Below are positions 43,883 through 53,971 of a DNA stretch of 64,000 nt, piece after piece; the first letter of the stretch is position 1, and every line of letters begins with the position of its first letter. The DNA lies in NCBI GenBank assembly GCA_965215735.1, contig CBDCEF010000002.1:394161-458160 (forward strand), written 5' to 3'. The translations under genes were made by a program, and so were the position numbers. The notes beneath the pieces are model-generated. The model saw only the letters and a program-made list of their open reading frames with translations. It was not told the DNA's origin and made no database searches. The stretch is from Dehalococcoidia bacterium. Lineage in GTDB: Bacteria; Chloroflexota; Dehalococcoidia; Lucifugimonadales; UBA1123.

Positions 43883-45226
43883 CTAGGAATCTCCCTCGAG
43901 CTTCTCCACCCTCAACACCTGTCCATAGACTGCGGTCACCCGGATTTCGTCGCCCTCTTTGATGATAGCTCCCAGGTCTGTCGCTGCCGACCACTCTTCG
44001 CTGGCGACCCATACCTTCCCGGAAGGGGCGAGGTCAGACATCGCGACACCCCACTGTCCCTCCAGGAAGATTTCGTCATCCGACTGGTAGCCGCTCGAAG
44101 TGCCGCCTTCAGTCCTGACGGCGCGGATGAACAGTACCCATCCCGCGATCGCGAGTCCAGTCATAATAGCGATCATGACCGGACTCGCCATGAACCTCGG
44201 CTCAGGCAGGTCAGACGGGCTGAGGAAGTTCCCAAACAGGAATATCGATCCGAGCAAGAGGCTGACGACTCCTCCCACTCCCCACGCTCCGAAGCCGGGC
44301 GCTATGGTCTCAACGTAGAAGAGCGCCATGGCGAGCGCGATTAGACCCACGCCCACCCAGCTTCCGGGCACGTTCGAGAAGCCGACGAACGCGAGAATCA
44401 GCAGAATGACCCCCAATATGCCGGGACCGAACATTCCAGGTATCGCGAACTCGGCGACCACGGCCAATCCGCCAATCAGGAACAGCGCCAGAATCACGTT
44501 CGGGTTCGCCAGGACGCCCAGTGTCCGCTCCAGGAGCGTCGCGTCGAGCTTTCGGACCTCGAGGTCGGCCGATTCGACGGTGACCGTTCCAGCGGCGGTC
44601 GTGGTTTCACGACTGTCGATCTCGCTGAGCAGAGTGCCGAGGTCGGCTGCGACGAAGTCGATCACGCCCAGATCGGCTGCCTCCTGCGATGAGTAGGACC
44701 GGGCTGTCAGGACCGTGTCCTCAAGCGCCTCGGCGTTGCGTCCGCGAGTCTGCGCGACGCTCCGTATGAACGCGCGAGTGTCTTCGCTGATCTTGCGGGA
44801 GAGCGTCTCCGGCAGGTCGTTACCATCTGATGTAACCGGTGTGGCTGCGCCGATGCTGGTGCCCGGCGCCATAACCGCAAAGTTGGCGGCGGCCGCGATG
44901 AACGTACCAGCGGAAGCTGCACGCGCGCCCGCGGGTGAGACCCATACGACTACGGGAATCTCAGATGCAATCAGAACCTCAACGATGTCACGAGTAGAAT
45001 CGAGAAAACCGCCAGGAGTATCCAGCTTGATAACCGCCAGATGGACGCCGGACTCGTGGGCCTCGTCGAGACCTCGGGCGACGTGATCGGCGGTCAGTGG
45101 ATCGATCTCGCCGTCGATCTCTATTAGAAGGAGACTCTGGGCTTGAGCAACAATGGAGTCCGTGGAATGCCACGTCAACAGGAGCAAGCAAGCACAAGCC
45201 ACTAAAGCGACTGCTGTACGCTGCAT
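43883..45226 (-). CDS. NfeD-family membrane-bound ClpP-class serine protease
   Basis: The ClpP-like domain is IDGEIDPLTADHVARGL...KLDTPGG...ARAASAGTFIAAAA. TM segments and a C-terminal NfeD OB domain (GKVWVASEEWSA...GDEIRV) follow. A GGAGGGA RBS precedes the ATG at 45226. Confidence 0.88.
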   Translation of the reverse strand: MQRTAVALVACACLLLLTWHSTDSIVAQAQSLLLIEIDGEIDPLTADHVARGLDEAHESGVHLAVIKLDTPGGFLDSTRDIVEVLIASEIPVVVWVSPAGARAASAGTFIAAAANFAVMAPGTSIGAATPVTSDGNDLPETLSRKISEDTRAFIRSVAQTRGRNAEALEDTVLTARSYSSQEAADLGVIDFVAADLGTLLSEIDSRETTTAAGTVTVESADLEVRKLDATLLERTLGVLANPNVILALFLIGGLAVVAEFAIPGMFGPGILGVILLILAFVGFSNVPGSWVGVGLIALAMALFYVETIAPGFGAWGVGGVVSLLLGSIFLFGNFLSPSDLPEPRFMASPVMIAIMTGLAIAGWVLFIRAVRTEGGTSSGYQSDDEIFLEGQWGVAMSDLAPSGKVWVASEEWSAATDLGAIIKEGDEIRVTAVYGQVLRVEKLEGDS

Positions 45227-45420
45227 GACCTCCCTCCTAGTTTCAGCGTACCACATCCGCAGTACGCTCAATACGGGCCCGGAAATCCCCTCTCCCTTGA
45301 CGGGCTGACAGGGGGAAGCATCACAAAAGTGGTGGGTAGAGGTAGAGGGGGTATCGAGATAGAGAGGACTGGCCCTTATTCTTGGACAAACACAAACACA
45401 TCCAGGAGAAGACCAGTCCA

Positions 45421-46687
45421 ATGCAGGTAACGATCACCCGCACCATACAGATACCAGACGAGATCGAATCTATCAATGAGCTTGAGGGTCGCATACACAT
45501 CTTTGGTCTGAGACTGATGCGTGAGGTTCTGTGCGAGGTGTGGCAGTTGTGTCAGCGGCTGCGCTGGGCATGTGAGGTGTGCGGAAGTGACCGGATAACA
45601 GGGGAGGGCTATCGAGACTACGGCGTCATGACGGTGTTCGGACGAGTGAAGCTGAAGCGACACAGGGTGAAGTGTCACGAATGCACGAGTCTCAGCCAGC
45701 CAGTTGACAGCATGTTGAAAGAGGTGAGAGGAGGCCATGCCAGCATCAGGTTCGCTGAGTTGGCGTCTCTGAGCGGAGCGTCGTGGCCATACGAACAGGC
45801 GGCGACCGTGCTTGAGAAGATGGTTGGGGACAAGGTGAGTCACGAGCAGGTGCGCAGACTGACGAACAGACATGGACAGGATGCGGTCGAAGCTCAGCTC
45901 AGAGAGGCCGATGGTGCGCTCGAGCGGCATGTGGAGCCGTCGGCAGGCGTGGACGGGCCTGAGATGGTGAATGTGGCAATTGACGGCGGTTGGGCGCGAA
46001 GCAGAGACAACCCCAATGGAATGGAGGGCAAGGTTGGAGTGGTCTATGTGGCCAGCGAGAAGGTCGGAGAGCACAGACGCTCTCTGAGCGGACGACGATA
46101 CGCCGCGGACGTTCGGACCGTCTGAGAGGGAGGGACGACTGATATACGCTCAGGCGCGCAGACAGGGCATAGACCATGCGGCCAAACAGTCGGTGATAGG
46201 GGATGGAGCGCGATGGATAAGCACGATAGCTGCGGAACACTTTCCATACGCCCTGCGTATCCTGGACCTGTGGCACATCGAACACAGAGTATGGAGGTCG
46301 GTCAGAGCGTCCATAGCGCGCCAGGAGGTGGGTACGGTCTGCCACACACTCATGGAACTGCTGGTCAGAGGCAGACCTGAAGAGACTCTCAGACAGTTGG
46401 TGAAGCTGTCCCACAGATACCCGACCGACAGTCTGAGGGAGTTGATGACTTATGTGAGCAACAACGCCGATTGGATAGGCGACTACGACTGGCTCAGGTC
46501 AGAGGGGTATCCTGTGGGCAGTGGAGCGGTGGAGAAAGCGGTGGACATCGTAATCAACAGGAGACTGAAGGGGCGCAGAGGAATGAGTTGGAAGAGAGCC
46601 TGCGCAGACGAGGTCGTGGCGCTGAGAGTGCTCACACTTAACAACGACTGGGACAGCATGTGGCATACCAACAATACCGCAGCATGA
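45421..46687 (+). pseudogene. ISKra4-like transposase, frameshifted
   Basis: The N-terminal ORF (...CEVCGSDR...NVAIDGGWAR...SGRRYAA) stops at 46125. The reading frame continues in the +1 frame from about 46109 (TFGPSEREGRLIYAQARRQGIDHAAKQSVIGDGARWI...DLWHIEHRVW...GSGAVEKAV). The element ends are not defined. Confidence 0.7.
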
Positions 46688-46712
46688 TTACCCACCAGAG
46701 TTTTGATGCTTC

Positions 46713-47924
46713 CTAAGCTTTGAGCTCCTGCGGCTCTTCGCGGAACAGGAACTTGACTCGTCGCCAGTCCACGGCGACGAGCAGAATGGACAGCGCTAAG
46801 TACGCGCCGGCGAATCCCAGCCTGAGGGCGGGGTCGAGGAACGGCAGGTGCAGGAGGAAGAGCGCCAGAAGGATCGCGCCTGCCCACCAGGAAATCACGC
46901 GCTTGGCTATTAGCAGCAGCGCGAACAGCGAGACCGAGGTTGTCAGCAGGAACTCGACTGTCTGTCGCCAGTCCAGAGGGAAGTTGAGCGGAGTCATCAG
47001 CGAATCTCCCGCCGCTCCGCTGAACACGATCACCATGCTTCCTATGAGCAGCGTGAGCTGGTTGACCTCGGACGAGATCAGCGCGGTCAGACCCGCGATC
47101 GGGTTCGCCCGCAGGCTGAACAGCACAGCCACGATTATCTCCGGCGATTCAGATGCCAGTGGAGCGACCCACTGAATCAGCGTGAATTCGTCTATGCCGA
47201 ATTCGGTGCCGGTCTCGATCAGCCCATGTACGAAGGGCTCTGCCGCCATGATGATTACGACGGCGGAGTACACGAACAGGAAGATCACTATGGCGCGACG
47301 TCGCGCGGTCGGCTGTTGGCCGATGAGTGCGGCGGCGCCGATGAGGTCGGGCTCCTCAGCCTCTTTGGTGGAGCTTATCCAGAGATAGACTACGTACAGT
47401 CCGATCAGTCCAATCGCCAGGATGAAGTGGACCTGCTGCATGAAGAAGATGATCAACGTCAGCAAAGTGGCGATCGTGAGCATGGTTATCTCCAGGCCCA
47501 ATTCGCCTCGCATGTCAAGCGCCCGCCGTCGCTTTATCCAGTAGATGAGGATTACCGCGGACCAGCCCAGTCCGATCAGCAGACGGTTCGCACCGGTAAC
47601 GTTTGCTGCGACTCTGGAGATCTCATCGGTGACCTCACCGGTCACCAGGTTGAACGACGCTCCCGCTTCGCGCGCGAGGACGAACTCGATGACGTACTCG
47701 GGCAGAATGGCTATTAGAGCCAGCACCGCGATCGCGAGGGACGCTGACACATCCATCTGAGCCACCTCGGCAGCCCATGAGAGCAGAAACGCGCCTGCAA
47801 CTATGCCAATGCCGAAGATGAAGACCGTAATGAGAGACGGTTCAACGTGTGGCCCAGTGATGGCAAGCAACTCGGGCGCGCCCAAGACAATGGCAGGAAC
47901 GCCCAGCGCCAGAAAGACGAACAT
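46713..47924 (-). CDS. CaCA-family cation/calcium antiporter-like membrane protein
   Basis: It is polytopic, with two alpha-repeat-like motifs (IAILPEYVIEFVLA and APLASESPEIIVAVLF). Confidence 0.6.
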   Translation of the reverse strand: MFVFLALGVPAIVLGAPELLAITGPHVEPSLITVFIFGIGIVAGAFLLSWAAEVAQMDVSASLAIAVLALIAILPEYVIEFVLAREAGASFNLVTGEVTDEISRVAANVTGANRLLIGLGWSAVILIYWIKRRRALDMRGELGLEITMLTIATLLTLIIFFMQQVHFILAIGLIGLYVVYLWISSTKEAEEPDLIGAAALIGQQPTARRRAIVIFLFVYSAVVIIMAAEPFVHGLIETGTEFGIDEFTLIQWVAPLASESPEIIVAVLFSLRANPIAGLTALISSEVNQLTLLIGSMVIVFSGAAGDSLMTPLNFPLDWRQTVEFLLTTSVSLFALLLIAKRVISWWAGAILLALFLLHLPFLDPALRLGFAGAYLALSILLVAVDWRRVKFLFREEPQELKA

Positions 47925-48389
47925 GGTTGCCCACAGTCTGCCGCTGTTGAGTTGTTCTGTCAGGTTAGGAGCTCCGACATCGTGAGATTGGTCTCTGGAA
48001 GAAGGCCGAAATCAGGCAGTCGAAAGTGTAGCGTCAGGCTGATGCTTTGGTCAATCGGTTTGGCGCTTCCTGGCGTCATTGGCTTTCCCCTACTCTCTCA
48101 GGATACGGATGGCATCGGTATTCGGAGAGTCCTGACCGTCGATGCCTGACTGGCCTGGCCTTTAGCCGTTTCGGGATCGACAGTCCCGATAACCGCCCAT
48201 CTTCGGCGTGGGATCCAACTCTTCGTGTCTACGGGGATCATCACCGTCACGGAGGACACACTTATAGTTGTAAACGGCGGAGATAAAGTGTACCTCGTGG
48301 ACGGCTCGAACGTCGGTTGAAGGCGCTTGAAAACGACCGTCCACCACCTTCCATAGGGACATACCAAGAGCCCACGGAAGGTGTGAAGG

Positions 48390-48905
48390 ATGTACCAGGT
48401 GGAACTGTATCTTCGCGTCCGACGAGCCTGCATGGTAGACGGCATGAGCACCAGGGAAGCGTCCCGGGTGTTCGGTCTGCACAGAGACACCGTTCGCAAG
48501 ATGCTCGCGTACTCGGTACCGCCGGGATACCGAAGACGACAACCTCCCAGAAGACCCAAGATCGGTCCATACACCGGGGTCATAGACCGGATACTCGAGG
48601 ATGACCTCGGCCTTCCCAGGAAGCAGCGCCACACCGCCAAACGCATCTACGAGCGTCTGAGGGACGAGTACGGCTTCGACGGCAGGTACACGATCGTCAA
48701 GGACTACGTCCGAGAGCACCGCCGCCGGACACGTGAGATGTTCGTGCCTCTATCGCATCCGCCCGGACACGCGCAGTGCGACTTCGGAGAGGCATTGGCT
48801 GTCATAGGCGGAGTGAAGCGGAAGAGCCTGCCCCTGGCGGAAGCAGGGGTCCACTTCTTCGTCCTGGACCTGCCCCACAGCGACGCGATGTTCGTCAGGG
48901 CATAC
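48390..48905 (+). pseudogene. istA: IS21 transposase IstA, 5' part (interrupted)
   Basis: The HTH N-terminus MSTREASRVFGLHRDTVRKML is followed by KQRHTAKRIYERLRDEYGF and PGHAQCDFGEA. The gene is cut after ..MFVRAY by the insertion at 48906. Confidence 0.85.
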
Positions 48906-50537
48906 TGTCGAAGACCAGCATAAATGTCCGCCTAACTGACCAGGGAAAATGTCACCTGTCTAACTTGCGACTGTAACAGACTACGATGCTTTCAACATCA
49001 CCCGAGGACGATTCATCGGCGGACTGTCGGTCTTAAGGTACCTCCGTACGGTGTTCCTGTGGATGCCCGTCTCCCTGGTTATTGCCCTGATGGACAGGCC
49101 CCTGCGCTTCGCTGAGTGAACCGCCTCCCACCTGGCGATCTGCTTCGGAGTGGGCTTCCTCGGTACAGAGGTTGCCTTCTTGCGGATCCTGGCGGCACCA
49201 CTGTCGTGGTTGCCGTCGATTGCTTCGGCTCTCTCCCTGTCGAGTGAGGCCAGAACTCTCTCCCAGCGGCTGCCCAGACCGTTACGATACGGCGGTGCGT
49301 GTGAAGGGTATCCATTCACACCGCGCAGGATGTTCGGACGGGGTGGAGCCTCCTGGCTGGGGATGAGTTGACCCTCGTGCTCAACGACCAGTTGACCGTC
49401 CAGTCCCTCAAGCACGTCCACCTTCACTCCAGCGTAGGTCGGACGTTCCATCCCGGGCAGCAGCTGAAGCGTACTCCGTCGGTATCTCACAGTGTTGTCC
49501 TTTGCCACTTTGCGACTGTGCCTGAAGCACAGCATCCGATCCAGACACGTCCCTCCGTCCACAGTGCGGTAGGCGACTTCAGGCTCCGGAGCCGATACCC
49601 CGAAGCGCTCGTTGAAGTGAGGAAGGAAGTCTCTCAGAACGACACCGGCATCTTCGATGGTGGTCGCACCCGCGAGTCGAAGCTCGGTTACAAGTCTGTC
49701 CTGGAAGGTCCCTGCCGCTCGTTCCACACGGCCCTTGGCCTGTGGAGACAGCGCGTAGATCATCTGTATTCCGAGCTCGTCCATCGCACGGGAGAACTGG
49801 GTTGGAGCGCTCGGTAGTCCACTCCCCGGTACATGCTTGAAGACCGAGTGGCGGTCGGTGTACAGCGCGATGGGTACCCCGTGGCGCTCGATCAGTCCCC
49901 GCATCAGCACGAAGTAGTCTCGGGTGTTCTCGTACTCACAGAACAGCGCGCTGACCACTTTGCCCGTGGCGTCGTCCACGGCAAGCAGAAACATAAACTG
50001 AGGTCCATCCTCTCCGAGCCACCGATGATAGCTGCCATCGATCTGTATCAGCATCCCCTCTCGGGGCATGCGTTGCCGACGAACACGGTGTTTCGGAGGA
50101 CGTCGGCGACGAGGACTGAGAAGACCGGCTCCAACCAGTATGCGTCGCAACGTGTTACGGGCTATGTCTATACCATCACGTTCTCTCAGCAGTTCGCTCA
50201 GATGAGTGTGGTTGACTCCTGAGTACGTGGTTCGAGCTAGACGCAACACTTCGGTCTTTATCGAATCGGGTGTTGTGTTGGGAGCCCTCCGACCCCGATG
50301 GCCGTGAGCGAGTGCGGCTGCTCCTTCTTCTGTGTAAGCCGCAAGAATGCGCCTGGTGTGGCGTGTGCTCACTCCCATCAGCGTGGCCGCCTGGTCCACC
50401 GTCATATGCTCGGTCAGTAGGCTGTTGAGGATCTGAAGTCTTGCCTGCTCTTTCTGGTTCAATGTCACATTCTCCATGAGGTGACTGTGACATTTATGCT
50501 GGTCAGTTAGTCAGGACATTTATGCTGAGCTATAACA
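48906..50537 (-). mobile_element. ISNCY-like insertion sequence, copy B (1632 bp), nested in istA
   Basis: It has the same ends as copy A. A perfect 7-bp target duplication GGCATAC lies at 48899-48905 and 50538-50544. Excision restores ..FVRAYPAETTEAFCDGHVSAFSF.. Confidence 0.9.
48981..50477 (-). CDS. rve-type DDE transposase (ISNCY-like), copy B
   Basis: A 498-aa protein that is near-identical to the protein at 24260-25756. Confidence 0.88.
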   Translation of the reverse strand: MENVTLNQKEQARLQILNSLLTEHMTVDQAATLMGVSTRHTRRILAAYTEEGAAALAHGHRGRRAPNTTPDSIKTEVLRLARTTYSGVNHTHLSELLRERDGIDIARNTLRRILVGAGLLSPRRRRPPKHRVRRQRMPREGMLIQIDGSYHRWLGEDGPQFMFLLAVDDATGKVVSALFCEYENTRDYFVLMRGLIERHGVPIALYTDRHSVFKHVPGSGLPSAPTQFSRAMDELGIQMIYALSPQAKGRVERAAGTFQDRLVTELRLAGATTIEDAGVVLRDFLPHFNERFGVSAPEPEVAYRTVDGGTCLDRMLCFRHSRKVAKDNTVRYRRSTLQLLPGMERPTYAGVKVDVLEGLDGQLVVEHEGQLIPSQEAPPRPNILRGVNGYPSHAPPYRNGLGSRWERVLASLDRERAEAIDGNHDSGAARIRKKATSVPRKPTPKQIARWEAVHSAKRRGLSIRAITRETGIHRNTVRRYLKTDSPPMNRPRVMLKAS

Positions 50538-51552
50538 GGCATACCCCGCCGAGACCACAGAGGCGTTCTGCGACGGACATGTGTCGGCGTTCTCGTTCCT
50601 GGGAGGGGTTCCACAGAGCATCGTGTACGACAACACCCGTCTGGCAGTTGCGAGGATACTGGGAGACGGTCGTCGCCGACGCACACGCGTGTTCACAGAG
50701 CTGCAGTCGCACTACCTGTTCGAGGACAGGTTCGGACGTCCCGGCAAGGGCAACGACAAGGGGAAGGTGGAGGGTATGGTCGGATACACCAGGAGGAACT
50801 TCCTGGTGCCCATACCCTCGTTCGAGAGCTTCGAGGCCCTCAACGCCCACCTCGAGGAGCGATGCCTGGATCGGATGGAGGCGAAGCTCAGGGGACATAC
50901 AGAGACGATAGACGAGCGCATGGTGCGTGATCTCGACGCACTTCTGCCGCTGCCGGCAGTGCCGTATGACCCGAGCGACAGGCACCTGACCCGTGTGAGC
51001 TCGCTGTCGCTGGTCCGCTACCGCACCAACGACTACTCGGTGCCTGTCGCATACGGACACAGGGATGTACTGGTCAGAGGCTATGTCGACGAGGTGGTCG
51101 TCAGTTGCGGGACGGACGTGATCGCCCGTCACCGTCGCTCCTACGAGCGGGACGACTTCGTGTTCGATCCCATCCACTACCTGCCTCTGTTGGAGCGGAA
51201 GACCGGTGCGCTGGACCAGGCGGCGCCACTTGCCGGATGGGACCTCCCCGAGGAGTTCGGTACCCTGCGCCGGCTGCTGGAGTCTCGGATGGGCAGACGA
51301 GGCAAGAGGGAGTTCGTGCAGGTGCTCAGACTCATGGAGACGTTCAGTATCGATGAGGTCCACCAGGCGGTGCGGGACGCGATCAGACTGGGAGCGCTGA
51401 GCTTCGACGCGGTCAAGCACCTCGTGCTGTGCGGCATCGAGGGCCGACCGCCAAGACTGGACCTGGAGCTGTATCCATACCTGCCCAGGGTGAGCGTGAG
51501 CACAACATCGACGACAGACTACATGACGCTTCTGTCAGGGAGGGCATCGTGA
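50538..51552 (+). pseudogene. istA: IS21 transposase IstA, 3' part
   Basis: It reads AETTEAFCDGHVSAFSFLGGVPQSIVYDNTRLAV...GKGNDKGKVEGMVGY and is contiguous with 48390-48905 once the nested IS is removed. Confidence 0.85.
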
Positions 51553-52361
51553 GCGACAGACCAACACTGCTGCTGGAACACCACCTCAGGGAGCTCAGGC
51601 TGCCGACCTTCCTCAGGGAGTACGGGAAGATGGCAGCCCAGTGTGCAGAGGAGGGGGTGGACCACCCAGACTACCTGCTCAGGCTGTCCGAACTGGAGCT
51701 CATAGACAGACACCATCGCATGGTCGACCGCAGGATCAAAGCCGCGCGCTTCCCGACGGTCAAGAGCCTCGACACCTTCGACTTCCCTGCGATCCCGTCG
51801 GTGAACAGGCAGTTGGTGACCCAGTTGGCCAGGTGCGAGTACGTGGACCGCAGGGAGAACATCATCGCCATCGGCAACAGCGGCACGGGCAAGACCCACA
51901 TGGCGCTGGGACTGGGACTCGCAGCCTGTCAGAGGGGACTGTCTGTGGGGTTCACCACGGCCGCGGCGCTGGTCAACGAACTGATGGAGGCCAGGGACGA
52001 CAGACGTCTGCTGAACTTCCAGAAGAGGCTGTCCCGTCTGAAGCTGCTGATCATAGACGAGCTGGGCTTCGTTCCCCTGTCGAAGACCGGTGCGGAACTG
52101 CTCTTCGAAGTATTCAGCCAGCGCTACGAGACCGGTGCGGAGCTGCTCTTCGAAGTATTCAGCCAGCGCTACGAGAGGGGCTCGGTGCTTGTGACCACCA
52201 ACCTGCCGTTCGACGAGTGGACCGATGTGTTCGGATCGGAGAGACTGACCGGTGCGTTGCTGGACAGACTGACACACCATGTGCACATCCTGGCGATGAA
52301 CGGTGAGAGCTACCGTCTGAAGCAGAGCAGACAGACCGCCAACATGCCGTCCTCGGACTGA
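51549..52361 (+). CDS. istB: IS21 helper ATPase IstB with an internal 15-aa tandem duplication
   Basis: LRLPTFLREYGKMA, Walker A GNSGTGKTHMA and Walker B LLIIDELGF are present. The 45-nt unit ACCGGTGCGGA(A/G)CTGCTCTTCGAAGTATTCAGCCAGCGCTACGAG occurs twice (52086-52130 and 52131-52175). The GTG start overlaps the istA stop. Confidence 0.85.
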   Translation: MSDRPTLLLEHHLRELRLPTFLREYGKMAAQCAEEGVDHPDYLLRLSELELIDRHHRMVDRRIKAARFPTVKSLDTFDFPAIPSVNRQLVTQLARCEYVDRRENIIAIGNSGTGKTHMALGLGLAACQRGLSVGFTTAAALVNELMEARDDRRLLNFQKRLSRLKLLIIDELGFVPLSKTGAELLFEVFSQRYETGAELLFEVFSQRYERGSVLVTTNLPFDEWTDVFGSERLTGALLDRLTHHVHILAMNGESYRLKQSRQTANMPSSD

Positions 52362-52676
52362 CCTCCGACCTCAGTCCCAGTTCACTCGGAGCGGACATTA
52401 TTGCTGACCACCTGCGACTCCAGTGGTACACTTTCCCGCCGCCCCAGTGGTCTGTTATCCGCCCGCCCTTGACAGTTTGTGTTTCCAAAACCATTATCCT
52501 AGATGCACAGGAGCACTTTCTTACCCCTTCAGCACACCGCTACACTCATCTTTTCGGTGGATTGGGGCTAAGCCAGAAGGGCAGGTACTGGGTACCGCTC
52601 AACTTACACCGCCCGTGACATGAGGCCATTCGCGCGGGACCTCGGATACAAATTGGAGCTGTTCATCTATGGGTAG

Positions 52677-52793
52677 GAAGATCGCCGATACCTTCGCGTC
52701 CGTGTGGACGCGTTCTACTTCAACAACCTTTGCGGCCTGAGCCGAGAGGAGGCTGGCTACATGCTCGGCACTTTCGTTATAGTCCGCCGATAG
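52677..52793 (+). pseudogene. C-terminal remnant of a large restriction-modification/methyltransferase-type gene
   Basis: It encodes EDRRYLRVRVDAFYFNNLCGLSREEAGYMLGTFVIVRR*. From memory this resembles the conserved C-terminus (LDAa.fhLYGLsRdev.YiLdtFpIvkr) of large type IIG-like enzymes. A stop lies immediately upstream. Confidence 0.3.
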
Positions 52794-52969
52794 GATGAGG
52801 AAGGATTTAGGCGCTAGCTAATTAATGAGGGTGCTGGTGTGTACATGAGCGCGCTGCCCGAAGTAACGGTCGAGGAGAGGCTGTGAGTGTAGCTGACCAC
52901 GCAGCAGGATCTGAGCTGTTCAGCATGCATGAGACACTTGCGATATGCTAGGCCGCGAGGTAAAAGGTT

Positions 52970-53971
52970 ATGGCCAGCGGAAAGATACTGAGGAAGCTGA
53001 TAGGGTCCGGTGCGGAAGGTGATACGGACGCTTTTCGTTGCGCCGCCAAACAGATGGTTGCTGAGGAACGCCAAAAGCAACACCACCTCTTGGCAGACGA
53101 TCTAGAAGCGATCCTCACCGGCCGTACAGGGTTACCTCCACGTTCTAAACTACGGCGCGCAATTGCTGGGGTCCCAGAGGACCGTGAGCGAGGGCTATCC
53201 CTGCTATCAGTTCGAGAGCCTACCCGCGACTTGGCGGATATCGTGCTGTCACCCTCAAATACGTCCATTGTTAAGGAACTGCTCCGAGAGCACAATCGAG
53301 GTGACGTCCTTAAAGCCCACGGCCTCAGTCCCAGCAGTCGAATTCTCTTGTGCGGCCCGCCAGGTTGCGGTAAGTCCCTGACTGCTGAGATTTTCGCCAG
53401 CGAACTCGGTCGCCCACTAGCTACAGTGCGTATGGAAAGCATTGTGTCCTCTTATTTGGGAGAGACGGCGTCCAACATTCGGAAAGTCTTCGACTTCGCT
53501 GCTGACTCTCCCATGATCGTATTGTTCGACGAGTTTGATGCATTGGGAAAAGAGCGAGTGGATGCTTTTGAGCATGGCGAGTTGCGTCGCGTTGTTAACG
53601 CAATCCTGCAGATGTTAGACGAGTATAACGGGCAAAGTATTATCATAGCTGCCACTAATCACGAGGGAATGCTGGACTCGGCAGTGTGGCGGCGGTTTGA
53701 GGAGGTTCTCTTTCTCAAGCCACCAACACGGGCCCAGATTTGTAGCCTGCTAAATGTGAAACTGCGGGGCACACGCCAGGACTTCGATCTCAGAGAACTA
53801 GCTTCCAGAGAGTGGTTCAGAGGAGCAACGCACGCAGATGTAGAGCGTTTAGTACAAAGGGCGGTTAAGGAGATGGTTCTAGAGGGTGGTGATATGACCT
53901 TGCGTATCGAACATCTGGAGTTGGCGCATCGACGTGAAAAGGCCAGAAAACTCCGTGCGACCGGGCGGTGA
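52970..53971 (+). CDS. AAA+ ATPase (classic CDC48/FtsH-clade AAA module), IetA-like
   Basis: Walker A is LLCGPPGCGKSLTAE and Walker B is IVLFDEFDALG. The sensor-1 region is IIIAATNHEGMLD and the arginine-finger region is DSAVWRRFE. At 333 aa, its stop overlaps the start of the next ORF. Confidence 0.85.
   Translation: MASGKILRKLIGSGAEGDTDAFRCAAKQMVAEERQKQHHLLADDLEAILTGRTGLPPRSKLRRAIAGVPEDRERGLSLLSVREPTRDLADIVLSPSNTSIVKELLREHNRGDVLKAHGLSPSSRILLCGPPGCGKSLTAEIFASELGRPLATVRMESIVSSYLGETASNIRKVFDFAADSPMIVLFDEFDALGKERVDAFEHGELRRVVNAILQMLDEYNGQSIIIAATNHEGMLDSAVWRRFEEVLFLKPPTRAQICSLLNVKLRGTRQDFDLRELASREWFRGATHADVERLVQRAVKEMVLEGGDMTLRIEHLELAHRREKARKLRATGR

Larger units (their letters stand above)
48269..52474 (+). 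mobile_element. IS21-family element (istA-istB) carrying a nested ISNCY-like insertion
   Basis: The right end is ...CCCCAGTGGTCTGTTATCCGCCCGCCCTTGACA (ends 52474), with an inner repeat CTCCAGTGGTACACTTTCCCGCC. The left end is approximate: TGTAAACGGCGGAGATAAAGTGTACCTCGTGG at 48269 resembles the inverted right-end repeats. No clear target duplication was found. Confidence 0.7.

Noticed and set aside
24200-50537. An inversion of the 23-kb segment by recombination between the two inverted ISNCY-like copies, as the explanation for the missing duplication at copy A.
   Set aside because: An inversion between A and B would break the target duplications of both copies. Copy B still has a perfect GGCATAC duplication, and excision restores istA. 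The A/B pair has therefore not recombined in this assembly.
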